Source: a bacterium
GTDB taxonomy: Bacteria > Desulfobacterota > DSWW01
NCBI GenBank assembly: GCA_040756235.1
Contig: JBFLZG010000151.1
Coordinates: 1-25,085 of the forward strand
Length of the DNA: 25,085 nt
Direction: 5' to 3'
Both the position numbers and the translations under genes were made by a program. Under the pieces are notes generated by a model. That model made no database searches and had not been told where the DNA came from. It saw nothing but the letters and a program-made list of their open reading frames with translations. How positions within the stretch are numbered: position 1 is the stretch's first letter; every line of letters starts with the position of its first letter. Below, piece by piece: positions 16,319 to 25,085 of the stretch.

Positions 16319-17812
16319 ATGGCGAGAATGAAGATCACGAGCGAGTTCTCTCCGGCCCTGCATACCGACCTCTATCAGCTGACGATGGCTTACGGCTACT
16401 GGAAGACGGGGATGCAGGACCGGGAGGCGGTTTTCCATCTGTTTTTCCGGCACCATCCGTTCAAGGGGGGATTCACGATCGCCGCCGGGTTGGAAATCGC
16501 GATCGACCTCATGGAGAGCTACCGCTTCGAAGGCGAAGACCTCGACTATCTGGCGAGCCTGCGGGGCAACGACGGCCTGCCCCTGTTTGAAGGGAAGTTC
16601 ATCGATTATCTGAGCGCCCTGGAGCTGCGGTGCGACGTGGATGCGATCCCGGAAGGAACGGTCGTGTTCCCGTTCGAACCGTTGATCCGGGTCCAAGGGC
16701 CGCTGCTGCACTGCCAGCTCCTGGAGACGCCGCTGCTCAATCTGATCAACTTCCAGACCCTGGTGGCCACCAAGGCGGCCCGCATCGTCCTGGCTGCCAA
16801 GGGAGAACCGGTCATCGAGTTCGGCCTCCGGCGGGCCCAGGGGCTGGACGGGGGACTGGCCGCAACCAGGGCGGCCTTCATCGGCGGATGCGCGGGCACC
16901 TCCAACGTGCTCGCCGGGAAGGTCTTCGGCATCCCGGTCAAGGGGACCCACGCGCACAGCTGGGTGATGTCCTTCGACTCCGAGCCCGCGGCCTTCCAGG
17001 CCTGGGCGCAAGCCATGCCGAACAACTGCATCTTCCTGGTGGACACCTACAACACGCTGGACGGGGTGCGCAACGCGGTGGAGGCCGGAAAGGAGCTGCG
17101 CCGCAGGGGGTACGAGATGGTCGGCGTCCGGCTGGACTCGGGTGACCTGGCTTACCTGAGCGTGGAGGCCAGGCGCATTCTGGACGAGGCGGGGTTCCGC
17201 GACGCGAAGATCCTGGGAAGCAACGAGCTGGACGAGTACATCATCGGGAGCATTAAGGAGCAGGGAGGCGCCATCGGGATGTGGGGCGTGGGCACACGGC
17301 TGGCGACGAGCTACGAGCAGCCGGCGCTGGATGGGATCTACAAGCTGTCAGCCATCCGTAGCGAGGGCGGCCGCTGGGAGTACAAGATCAAGCTTTCGGA
17401 GCAGACCATCAAGATCACCAACCCCGGCTTCCTGCAGGTGCGCCGGTTCGGCCCCGATAGCGAGTTCCTCGCGGACGCGATCCTCGACGAGCGGCTGAAG
17501 GTGGACGGGGATTGGGTCATCGTGGACCCGATGGACCGGACGCGCCGCAAGAAGATACCTCAGGGGACTGCTTTCAACGATCTTCTGGTAGCGGTCTTTC
17601 GCGGCGGCAGGAGAATCTATGATCTTCCTCCTCTGGCGCAGATCCAGGACCGGGCGCGTGGACAGCTCCAGTGTTTTCACGAGGGGGTGAAGCGGTTCAT
17701 CTATCCCCACACCTACCCGGTAGGCCTCGAGAAGTCCCTCTTCGAGCTGAAAGAGGAGCTCATCATCCGGGCGCGGCAGGCGTCACACAGGAACAGCTCG
17801 GGAGCGTTCTAA
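16319..17812 (+). CDS. pncB: Nicotinate phosphoribosyltransferase
   Basis: ATG 16319 with SD GGGAGG. TDLYQLTM, EFGLRRAQG, GTHAHSW, LVDTY, VRLDSGD, GVGT. Confidence 0.93.
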   Translation: MARMKITSEFSPALHTDLYQLTMAYGYWKTGMQDREAVFHLFFRHHPFKGGFTIAAGLEIAIDLMESYRFEGEDLDYLASLRGNDGLPLFEGKFIDYLSALELRCDVDAIPEGTVVFPFEPLIRVQGPLLHCQLLETPLLNLINFQTLVATKAARIVLAAKGEPVIEFGLRRAQGLDGGLAATRAAFIGGCAGTSNVLAGKVFGIPVKGTHAHSWVMSFDSEPAAFQAWAQAMPNNCIFLVDTYNTLDGVRNAVEAGKELRRRGYEMVGVRLDSGDLAYLSVEARRILDEAGFRDAKILGSNELDEYIIGSIKEQGGAIGMWGVGTRLATSYEQPALDGIYKLSAIRSEGGRWEYKIKLSEQTIKITNPGFLQVRRFGPDSEFLADAILDERLKVDGDWVIVDPMDRTRRKKIPQGTAFNDLLVAVFRGGRRIYDLPPLAQIQDRARGQLQCFHEGVKRFIYPHTYPVGLEKSLFELKEELIIRARQASHRNSSGAF

Positions 17813-17908
17813 CGGTTTTTGGGCAGGAAGGATGTCGTCCGTGATCTTCATGGCGACCGCCTCCGTGCGGCTCCGCACCGAACCCGTCCCGGGGCGAATC
17901 TATAGTTA

Positions 17909-18060
17909 GAGGCTGTCTCAAAACGCCCATCTGCGGCGTTGCCCTCATCCTTCGTCACTGCGGCGTACTTCCATGTACGCCTCATTCCTCAGGATTTCGT
18001 GCGCCTTGCATCTGAGCATTTTTGAACAGCCTCCAAAATCGAGCCTGTTGGGACAGGCTC
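17909..18060. mobile_element. MITE-like non-autonomous element (152 bp)
   Basis: Termini GAGGCTGTC / GACAGGCTC (8/9 inverted match), an inner end ACAGCCTC at 18026-18033, internal hairpins, and the direct repeat TAGTTA on both flanks (17903-17908, 18061-18066). No credible CDS. Confidence 0.75.
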
Positions 18061-18183
18061 TAGTTACAGAATCCTCACTTTTCAGAATCCTCGCGGCCAT
18101 GCCGGCTTCCGGGTCCAGGACCCGACAGGTTCGTGAGTGTCAGGGCCGAGAGCGCTTTTCAGACATCCCCTCGGAGGTTTCGC

Positions 18184-18681
18184 ATGCTGGAAGAAATCAA
18201 GACGCGCCGCAGCATCCGCAGGTTCAGAGAAGATTCGGTCGACGATCATACGATCCGAACGATCGTGGAGATGGGCACCTGGGCGCCATCCGGGCTGAAC
18301 AATCAGCCGTGGCGTTTCGTCGTCGTACGCAGTCCGGAGGTGCGGAAGAGGCTGGCCGGTCAGACGAAATACGGGTCCACGATCGAGAGCGCTCCTGTCT
18401 GCATCGCCGTCTTCCTGAGTCAACCGGAAAGTTACGAGCGGGTCAAGGACGTCCAGGCGATCGGCGCCTGCATTCAGAACATGCTGCTGACCATCCATCA
18501 TCTCGGTCTCGGGGGCGTCTGGCTGGGGGAGATTCTGAAGAACCGCGGGCGCGTCGAAGAAATCCTGGGCGTGCCGGAAGGCTGCGAGCTGATGGCCGTG
18601 ATCGCGTTCGGGTGGCCGGCGACCGCGGGCGGGCCGGGCGTCAGGAGACCGCTGGGCGAGGTGGTGCTCGGCTGGAAATGA
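18184..18681 (+). CDS. Nitroreductase-family flavoprotein
   Basis: ATG 18184 with SD GGAGG. RRSIRRF, APSGLNNQPW, QNMLL..HHLGLGGVW. Confidence 0.92.
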   Translation: MLEEIKTRRSIRRFREDSVDDHTIRTIVEMGTWAPSGLNNQPWRFVVVRSPEVRKRLAGQTKYGSTIESAPVCIAVFLSQPESYERVKDVQAIGACIQNMLLTIHHLGLGGVWLGEILKNRGRVEEILGVPEGCELMAVIAFGWPATAGGPGVRRPLGEVVLGWK

Positions 18682-18901
18682 CACCGCCGTCTTTGCGGCA
18701 GGAACATCCCTTCCGGCGACCGTGGCGTTGCGGCGGCCAGGCTGGCTGAAACAGGAAGACCTGCCGGTTCGCACGCCTGAGATTGCGCGGCTCCCTCGCG
18801 GTGAGCCCTCGGGCGGGCGTCATCGGACCTTCTCCAGCCGCGCATCCGGGCGCCTTTCAGCGGCTCCTTCCTCGAGCGCGCTCCGCAGCAGCCATGCAGG
18901 T

Positions 18902-20026
18902 TCAGCGTCCTGCAAACTCGTAGGTCTTGCCGGTGTCGATGAAGGCGCGGAAGTTCTCCGGCTTGACCGCGGCCGGCACCGTGCAACCGGTGCTGAGGAT
19001 GAACCCGCCGTCCCTTCCGATCTCGCTGATCAGCCTCCTGCAATAAGCCGACACATCCTCGGGCGTGCCGAGGCACAGCAGCGCCGGGTGGACGTCGCTG
19101 GCGATGCAGTGATGTCCCCCCAGCACCTCTTTGGCGGCGAAGATGTCGGTCGTTCCGTCGAGGTCGATCACCGCGGAGCCACGGGGGAGCCTCTTGAAAT
19201 ACGGCAGGTTCTTGTCCCAGCAGGTGTCCAGGTGAAACCAGCTCACGATCCCTTCCGACCAGAGGGCATCGACGATCTCGACTGTGTACGGCCACCAGAA
19301 CCTCTCGAAAACGCGCAGAGGATAGAAGAAAGCGCCGGCTCTCTCCTCGGTGATGTTCGCGATCTTGCAGCCGGTGAGCCGGCTCAAGCCGATCAGTTGC
19401 TCGATGTATTCGGGCACGGCGACCTTGAGCGCCCTCTCCACCCTCTCGGGCCGATAATAGAGGTCCTCGGTGAACCGCACCATCGACCGGGTCAGGGAAA
19501 AGCTGAAAAAAGGAGGCATCGTCCACATGGGAAAGGCGGGCGCAACGCCCCTCTTCCTGCACTCGGCGCAGAAGGCAAGCGTGTCCTCCATGACCTTCTG
19601 GAGAAGCGCCGGCGCATCTTCCGGAGCCCACTGCGAGACTCGGGGCAGGAGGCGTTCCGCACAGAACCGGGGCCACCCGGTGCGGGCGACCTCGTCGTAC
19701 TCCTCTTCGGACCAGCTTTGGCTTTCCACCACCTGGACTTGCGTTTCTCCCTCGGTGGGGATGCGCACTCTGAGGCCTGCAAGGGCGGCGCCCTCGGCCG
19801 AGGCGATCGGGTTCATGGCATCCCACCCGCCGTAGGCTTCGAACACCTCCAGGTGGGCCGCAAACTGAACGTCGACGCCGCTGGCCGGAATCTTCGACGA
19901 TTCGAGTCCCAGGAGGCGAACGGCGGCGGCCGTGCTCATCTGCGGCGCGAGCGGAACCCGGTCCGGCTTCTCCAGGCGGATGGCGGACAGGAATCTCTCC
20001 TCCGAGGTCATGGTCTCCGTTCCCAT
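18902..20026 (-). CDS. UroD/MtaA-family (COG0407) corrinoid-linked methyltransferase
   Basis: ATG 20026, 2 bp after the corrinoid gene stop. ERF..AIRLEKPDRVP, DLYYRPE, FERFWWP, HLD, GTPEDV, GFILSTGCTVP..KPEN. Confidence 0.85.
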   Translation of the reverse strand: MGTETMTSEERFLSAIRLEKPDRVPLAPQMSTAAAVRLLGLESSKIPASGVDVQFAAHLEVFEAYGGWDAMNPIASAEGAALAGLRVRIPTEGETQVQVVESQSWSEEEYDEVARTGWPRFCAERLLPRVSQWAPEDAPALLQKVMEDTLAFCAECRKRGVAPAFPMWTMPPFFSFSLTRSMVRFTEDLYYRPERVERALKVAVPEYIEQLIGLSRLTGCKIANITEERAGAFFYPLRVFERFWWPYTVEIVDALWSEGIVSWFHLDTCWDKNLPYFKRLPRGSAVIDLDGTTDIFAAKEVLGGHHCIASDVHPALLCLGTPEDVSAYCRRLISEIGRDGGFILSTGCTVPAAVKPENFRAFIDTGKTYEFAGR

Positions 20027-20028
20027 GT

Positions 20029-20661
20029 TCACTTGCCCTCCGTCTCTCTCAGGCAATAGGCGACTCCCTGCATGGCGTCGGTCGTCTGGAAGTCCGCGCC
20101 TACGTAGTCCCTCACCAGGGCGGTGGTGACTCCGCCGCCGACCATCAACTTCAATCCGGACCTCAGCCCCTCCTCCTCCAGCAGCTCTGCCGCCGCCTTC
20201 ATGTTGGGAAAGGCGGAGGTCAGGAGGGCGGAAAACCCGACGAAATCCGGGGCGCTCGACTTGATCTGGCGCACCGCAGTCGAGGGATCCACATCGACCC
20301 CCAGGTCGAGGACTTCGAACCCCTGCGCCCGCAGCAGCGTGGCCAGGAGGTCCTTGCCGAGATCGTGGATGTCGCCCTTCAGAGTCGCCAGCACGACCTT
20401 GCCCCTGGGGCGCGCACGGCGGGCGTCGCTCAGGTGCGGATCCAGGACGGCCACGACCGATTTGAAGATTTCCCCGGCCAGCATCATTTCCGCCAGATAG
20501 TAGTCTCCGGACTGGAACCGCTCGCCCACCAGGGCCATGCCCCGCCTGCACGCCTCGAGGATGCGGAGCGGGTCGTCGCCGCTCTCCAGCCCCTGTTTGA
20601 CCGTTCTCAGCACGTCGTCTCTCTTCAGCTCCAGCATGGCGTTGGACAGCTCTTCGTTCAT
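20029..20661 (-). CDS. Corrinoid (B12-binding) methyl-carrier protein, MtaC/MttC-like
   Basis: N-terminal cap (GMALVGERF...E), base-off motif GDIHDLGK (DxHxxG), DLGVDV, SALLT, MVGGG. Confidence 0.92.
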   Translation of the reverse strand: MNEELSNAMLELKRDDVLRTVKQGLESGDDPLRILEACRRGMALVGERFQSGDYYLAEMMLAGEIFKSVVAVLDPHLSDARRARPRGKVVLATLKGDIHDLGKDLLATLLRAQGFEVLDLGVDVDPSTAVRQIKSSAPDFVGFSALLTSAFPNMKAAAELLEEEGLRSGLKLMVGGGVTTALVRDYVGADFQTTDAMQGVAYCLRETEGK

Positions 20662-20822
20662 GCCGCGCCCCCTTTCATCGTGGTGCCTCCGGTGGATGGA
20701 TCGTTGCGGGAAGTCCCTGCGCCGCCGCTATGCACTCCGGCTTCTGTGCGCAGGCACAGGCTTCGCGAACCGTTGCACTTGAATCTGGTACTTGAAGCAA
20801 TCCGATCTCATGAAGGCCGCTC

Positions 20823-21701
20823 TCAGAACAGGAACTCCTCGAGATAACGGTTCACCTGATCGGGCTGCTCCTGCTGGACCCAGTGGCTGCAGCGGGGGAT
20901 ATAGCGGATCCGGGGCGGCTCGGCGAAATAAGGATCGAGGCCGTAGGTCAAGTCCTTGGTGAGGGCGCGATCGTCCTCCGCCCAGATGATCAGGGTCGGC
21001 ACCGCGATCGTCGGGAATTGCCGGATCCTTTTCAGCGTGGCGCGGTCCCGGAAGAGACCGCGATAGTAGTTGATCGCGGCGGTGAGGCACCCCGGCTGGC
21101 TCATGGCCTCCTCGAACAGCCGCAGGTCCTCGTCCGAAAACGCCTCTTTCCGATGAGCCCAGCCGCGCAAGGCCTTGCGCAGCATGAGGTAGCGCTCGCG
21201 GCGGACGTACCATTCCGGCAGCCAGGGAAGCTGGAACATGAAGACGTACCAGCTCGCCCGAAGCTGTCTGAAATTGCGCGGCATCTCCCGCAGGTACGCC
21301 CTCGGGTGGGGAGCGTTCAGGACCACCAGGCGCTCGACCGCCTCCGGGTGGTAGGCCGCCAGGTACCATGCGATGATCCCGCCCCAGTCGTGTCCGACGA
21401 CGATGGCCTTTTCGGCGCCCAGCACGCGGATCAGGGAGCGGACGTCGTCGGTGAGCTTTTCGACGAAGTAGGACGCCACTCCCCGCGGCTTGTCCGAGAG
21501 GTTGTACCCTCTCAGGTCCGGGGCCACGGCCTTGAACTTGCCGGCCAGAAACGGGATCTGGTGGCGCCAGGAGTACCAGAACTCGGGGAAGCCGTGCAGG
21601 AGCAGAGCGAGGGGGCCGTCGCCTTGCTGCACGTAATGGAGCTTGATGCCGTCCTCGATCTGCGCATAGCCGTGGCGAAGCTGGCTCGTGTCCGCGTTCA
21701 T
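20823..21701 (-). CDS. Alpha/beta hydrolase, epoxide hydrolase-like
   Basis: HGFPE oxyanion motif, PDLRGYNLS, GHDWGG (Asp nucleophile), NYYR, SHWVQQE. Confidence 0.9.
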   Translation of the reverse strand: MNADTSQLRHGYAQIEDGIKLHYVQQGDGPLALLLHGFPEFWYSWRHQIPFLAGKFKAVAPDLRGYNLSDKPRGVASYFVEKLTDDVRSLIRVLGAEKAIVVGHDWGGIIAWYLAAYHPEAVERLVVLNAPHPRAYLREMPRNFRQLRASWYVFMFQLPWLPEWYVRRERYLMLRKALRGWAHRKEAFSDEDLRLFEEAMSQPGCLTAAINYYRGLFRDRATLKRIRQFPTIAVPTLIIWAEDDRALTKDLTYGLDPYFAEPPRIRYIPRCSHWVQQEQPDQVNRYLEEFLF

Positions 21702-22012
21702 GGAACGATCCTCCGAGGAGCCCGTCCCCGATGCACGTCTGCTGCGTTCGGTTCGCCCCCAATCGGGGTCAAAAGGTCATGGTCGGAATTTCCCCCTTAT
21801 TCTTTAACTTACTCCAAATGGTCCGGGACCACAACGAACAGTGTGTGGGCTTCTGTCGGCGCAGCCCGCAGCCCAGAATGAGCGGCGGGTTCGCTGTTTA
21901 CAAAGGGAGCGGGAATGGGTAAAAGAAGCTTGAGTCGCTCGGCGCTCCTGCGATGATTCGCCGGCGGGAGGCGCACGGCCCTGTCCGGCAGGGCCTTCTG
22001 CTCGGGAAGGTG

Positions 22013-22753
22013 ATGAAGGAAATTTACGAAAGCTTGCGCAGCCGGGCTCAGGAAGTGGCGCGAGAGCTCGGCCCGCCTGCCTTTTATCGCAACCACGACA
22101 AGGAAGTGCAGGCGTCTCTGGCACACCTCGATCAGGATGCAACCCTTTTCCGTCTCAGGGAGCACGTCTCCTCCGTGCTGGAGGACGATTTCGGGCACGG
22201 GCTCCGGCATGCCCTGCTCGTCACGCGGGATGCCGGGGCGCTGGCGATCATCGGCGCCCGGCAGGAGCAGATCGCCGACGCGGAGGCGCGTGCGATCCTG
22301 CGGTGCGCCCAGGCTGCCGGGCTGCTTCACGATGCCTGCCGGAAGGAACCCGAGCATGCGCTGCGGAGCGCGGAAGCGGCCCGTCCCGTGCTGCTCCGGT
22401 TCTCCTTCCCGGAGGACGAGGTCGAGGAGATCGCGGCCGCCATCGCCAATCATGAAGCGTTCCGGCAGCCGGTGCGGATGAGTCGCCCGTCCGGCCAGGC
22501 GGTGAGCGACTGTCTGTACGACGCCGACAAGTTCCGTTGGGGGCCCGACAACTTCACGGACACTGTCTGGTGCATGGCATCCTTCCACGAGGTGCCTTTC
22601 TCCACGTTCCAGAGGGCCTATCGGCAGGGCATCCAGGCGATCGAGAAGATCAAAGGTTCCTTCCGGACGCCGACCGGCCGCGCATACGGCGCCGAGATCA
22701 TCGACATGGGACTGGAGATCGGGCGCAGAGTCATCTCTCCGCTGATCGAATGA
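22013..22753 (+). CDS. HD-domain phosphohydrolase
   Basis: GHGLRH, LLHD, H, NHE, YDADK; SD GGAAGG before GTG 22010/ATG 22013. Confidence 0.85.
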   Translation: MKEIYESLRSRAQEVARELGPPAFYRNHDKEVQASLAHLDQDATLFRLREHVSSVLEDDFGHGLRHALLVTRDAGALAIIGARQEQIADAEARAILRCAQAAGLLHDACRKEPEHALRSAEAARPVLLRFSFPEDEVEEIAAAIANHEAFRQPVRMSRPSGQAVSDCLYDADKFRWGPDNFTDTVWCMASFHEVPFSTFQRAYRQGIQAIEKIKGSFRTPTGRAYGAEIIDMGLEIGRRVISPLIE

Positions 22754-22807
22754 CTGTGACCGCCTGCAAGCGGCCGGCTGCGGATCGGGTCGCTGACGGA
22801 CACCTCC

Positions 22808-25085
22808 ATGCGACCTGGGCGAAAAGCTCTTCTCCTCGCTGTGGCAGCGGCTGCCGGTCTGCTCATGCTCGTCCTCTGGTACGGCCGCTTTCATTGGGAG
22901 CTGTTGGTCCTCGGATACCTCGAAGGCCGTGCGGCCGCGGCTCTCGGCCTCGAAGTGCACGTCCGTTCACTTTCGATCGTTCCGGCGGGAGCCTTGTGCC
23001 TCGAGGGGCTCGAGATCGGCGGCTCCCGAGACCCAGGGGCCGGGCCGCTCCTCAGGGTCGAAAGAATCGATGGGGAAGTCTCGTGGAGGGAGCTTCTGAA
23101 CGGGCGCATCCATTTTCGCGACATTTCCGTCGTGGCACCTGTCCTGCGGATTGCGCGGGACAGCCAGGGGCAGTGGAACCTGCCCCTGGCGGCCCCTTCC
23201 GGCGGTCCCTCCGGGACAGGACCGGCAGGGCGGCTCGCGATCGACTCCCTGCGCATCCGGTCCGGCGTGATCGTCCTGCCTGCGGAGGTCGGCGGCGGGT
23301 GCGTGGAGGACCTCGACCTTCGCGTGATCGGCTTTTCCGGGCGGGCAGGCAGCCCTACGGACCTCTTGGGAAGCGGGTCCTGGGCAGGGAAGGGGAAGAT
23401 CGCAATCGAAGGGCAGGCGTATCCGGGGGACGTGCCGTTCCGGGGTTCCTTCTCCTTGTCTGCCACGGGTCTGGACCTTTCAGAATTGCGGCACCTCGGG
23501 GAGCCGTACGGGTTCGATACGGCGGAGGCCTCACTGGACGTGAGCCTGCGTGCGGCGGGGGACCTGGAGGAAGGTTTCCGCGTGCGGTCCAAGATGGCGC
23601 TATGGCGGCTGGGGTGCGGCTGGCTGCGCAAGGGCACGAGCGACGCGCAGCTCGAAGCCGAGCTCTTTTACGATCCGGGGGAGAAGCGCCTGGAGGCGAG
23701 AAGCGTCGAGCTGACGGCGGGCGAGGCGCTTTCCCTCTCGCTTCAGGGCGAAGTCACGGATCTTGGTGGCGACAATCGGTATCACGCCGAAGTTCGAGCG
23801 GGAAGGCTGGATCTCGGCGCCCTGCAGGCGGGCCGCCGCATGGAGGGCAGAGGTGTGCTGTCCACGGCCGGGCTGCGCCTCGAGGGCCGGGGCGGTGCCT
23901 CCCTTCCGGCGATCGAGGGAGCGGCCCGGATCGAACAGGGCGGGGTTCGCCTGGAGACGGTCGGGCTCGCTCGAATCGAGGCGGAGCTGCGCTTCGAGGC
24001 AGGCAGACGCATGTCCATTCGGGCCCTGAGCCCCGCGCTGCTCGAGGTCGACGGCGGCGGGGTTTCCGGGGGGCCCTTCGGGGTCCGATTTTCCGGTTCG
24101 GTGGAAGGGGCGCTGGAGGAGCCGGAGTTCGCCGGCCACCTTTCGGTCGTCACGGCAGGAACGGGGATGGAGAGCGCGCCGTTCTCCTTCGGCCGTGCGG
24201 AGGTGACCGTGCAGGGGTCTCGGGACAGGGACGGGCTGCGGGGCCACGGCCAGGTCGGCGGGACGGACGTGCGGGTCCGGGGTCTCGCCCTGCCGCGGGT
24301 CTCGCTCGCGTCAGGGTTCGAGCTGCGCGAGGGAGGCGCCGTGCTCGAGGACCTTCGGCTTGAAGGCCGGGGCGTGCAAGGAGCTGCCGCGGCCGTGTCT
24401 GCCACGTGGGGCGAGCAGGGGCACAGCATACGCGCGGAGGTGAGCGGGCTCTCGCTCGAGCTGGAGCGCGCGCGCGCCGGGTGCAAGGGGACGGCTGCGA
24501 CCGTCCAGGTCCTGCGGTCGCCTCAGGGCGTTTCCGGGGAGTGCCGCCTGTCCATCCGGGAAGCGCGCGTCAGAGGGATACCTCTGGGTCCGGTCTCGGG
24601 TACAGGGAGCTGGGCGCCGCAGGGATTCCAGGGCCGGATTCGGGAGGACGGCCCGTCGGGACGAGCCGTGCGCCTGGAAATGAAGGGGAGGGGGAACAAC
24701 GGACCGTTCCCGATCGAGATCTCCATGCGGGTCGACAACCTGGATCTGGGGCCGATCGTTCGGGCCGACCCGGATCTTTTCGGCTCGCGCTACCGCCTGT
24801 CCGGGCTCGTTCGCGCAGCCCGCTTCGACGGGAGCGTGGATTCGTCGAGCCTGCTTCGGGGGGATTTTAGCGTACGGGGGGAAAAGATCGGTCTTGCCTC
24901 GCTCGAGGCGGGCCGGGACCTGTTCCAGGACGCCTCGATCGAAGCTCGCGCGAGCTTCACGGGGAAGGACGCGGACGGGTCCTGCGAGCTGGGGGTAGGG
25001 GCGGTGCGCGTGGCCCTAGCCGGCAGGGCGGAGTCGTTTGGGGGGGCGGGGCCCCCGAAAAGCCCGCCCGCCCCGCACGCCCCGG
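22808..25085 (+). CDS. AsmA/TamB-like envelope protein, 3'-truncated (absent from the ORF track)
   Basis: Read by hand, the frame is open from ATG 22808 to the window end. N-terminal TM anchor (KALLLAVAAAAGLLMLVLW), AsmA-type segment VSWRELLNGRIHFRDISVVAPVLRIARDSQGQWNL, then a long Gly-rich beta-strand pattern. Confidence 0.8.
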   Translation, partial: MRPGRKALLLAVAAAAGLLMLVLWYGRFHWELLVLGYLEGRAAAALGLEVHVRSLSIVPAGALCLEGLEIGGSRDPGAGPLLRVERIDGEVSWRELLNGRIHFRDISVVAPVLRIARDSQGQWNLPLAAPSGGPSGTGPAGRLAIDSLRIRSGVIVLPAEVGGGCVEDLDLRVIGFSGRAGSPTDLLGSGSWAGKGKIAIEGQAYPGDVPFRGSFSLSATGLDLSELRHLGEPYGFDTAEASLDVSLRAAGDLEEGFRVRSKMALWRLGCGWLRKGTSDAQLEAELFYDPGEKRLEARSVELTAGEALSLSLQGEVTDLGGDNRYHAEVRAGRLDLGALQAGRRMEGRGVLSTAGLRLEGRGGASLPAIEGAARIEQGGVRLETVGLARIEAELRFEAGRRMSIRALSPALLEVDGGGVSGGPFGVRFSGSVEGALEEPEFAGHLSVVTAGTGMESAPFSFGRAEVTVQGSRDRDGLRGHGQVGGTDVRVRGLALPRVSLASGFELREGGAVLEDLRLEGRGVQGAAAAVSATWGEQGHSIRAEVSGLSLELERARAGCKGTAATVQVLRSPQGVSGECRLSIREARVRGIPLGPVSGTGSWAPQGFQGRIREDGPSGRAVRLEMKGRGNNGPFPIEISMRVDNLDLGPIVRADPDLFGSRYRLSGLVRAARFDGSVDSSSLLRGDFSVRGEKIGLASLEAGRDLFQDASIEARASFTGKDADGSCELGVGAVRVALAGRAESFGGAGPPKSPPAPHAP

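Noticed and set aside
18748..18768. Cobalamin-riboswitch B12-box-like CAGGAAGACCTGCC
   Set aside because: The remaining riboswitch core is absent, and it lies between convergent genes with no downstream gene on that strand. No riboswitch is visible upstream of the corrinoid gene either.
16319..20661. pncB + nitroreductase + corrinoid genes as a B12 lower-ligand (BluB/CobT) cluster
   Set aside because: The nitroreductase is a short generic type with no BluB-specific features I can identify, there is no cobT/cobS/cobU, and the genes are on opposite strands.
1777..20661. Selenocysteine or pyrrolysine recoding in the redox and methyltransferase genes
   Set aside because: All these genes are full-length with ordinary Cys at catalytic positions, and no in-frame TGA or TAG interrupts a domain.
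21702..22012. Possible ncRNA in the divergent intergenic region
   Set aside because: It has short hairpins (e.g. GGCCCTG/CAGGGCC) and an AT-rich promoter-like tract, but no RNA family I recognise. An Rfam scan would be needed.
338..24870. Many long overlapping or antisense ORFs (e.g. 338..1726, 2820..3947, 5855..7396, 18722..20059, 22537..24363)
   Set aside because: They overlap well-supported genes, have no motifs, and are often Arg/Pro/Gly-rich, as expected from stop-codon scarcity in GC-rich DNA.
24995..25016. GTAGGGGC...GCCC REP-like string
   Set aside because: It lies inside the AsmA-like reading frame with only a weak stem, so it is probably chance.

Overview
GC-rich bacterial chromosomal segment; gene content suggests an anaerobic Desulfobacterota/deltaproteobacterium (inference). 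Both end genes are truncated. It carries about 22 mostly metabolic or housekeeping genes: EcfT (partial), an MDR oxidoreductase, a thioredoxin-like protein, a calcineurin-like metallophosphoesterase fused to a Pol-beta-type nucleotidyltransferase, a TIGR01777 epimerase, a small hypothetical, citrate synthase, cysE-nifU-nifS, an aldehyde dehydrogenase, a divergent sensor kinase/sigma54 regulator pair, bcp, pncB, a nitroreductase, a corrinoid protein plus UroD-family methyltransferase plus alpha/beta hydrolase, an HD protein, and an AsmA-like gene that the ORF track missed. The intergenic spaces hold many non-autonomous repeats: three GTAG-type REPs, CGTC-type REP doublets, a MITE with a 6-bp flanking duplication plus remnants, and inverted heptamer arrays. 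I found no rRNA, tRNA, CRISPR array, transposase or integrase. The best candidate for an undescribed system is the phosphoesterase-nucleotidyltransferase fusion (2448-4106), a possible one-gene writer/eraser. A second candidate is a possible Cys-Cys leader ORF ahead of cysE-nifU-nifS.
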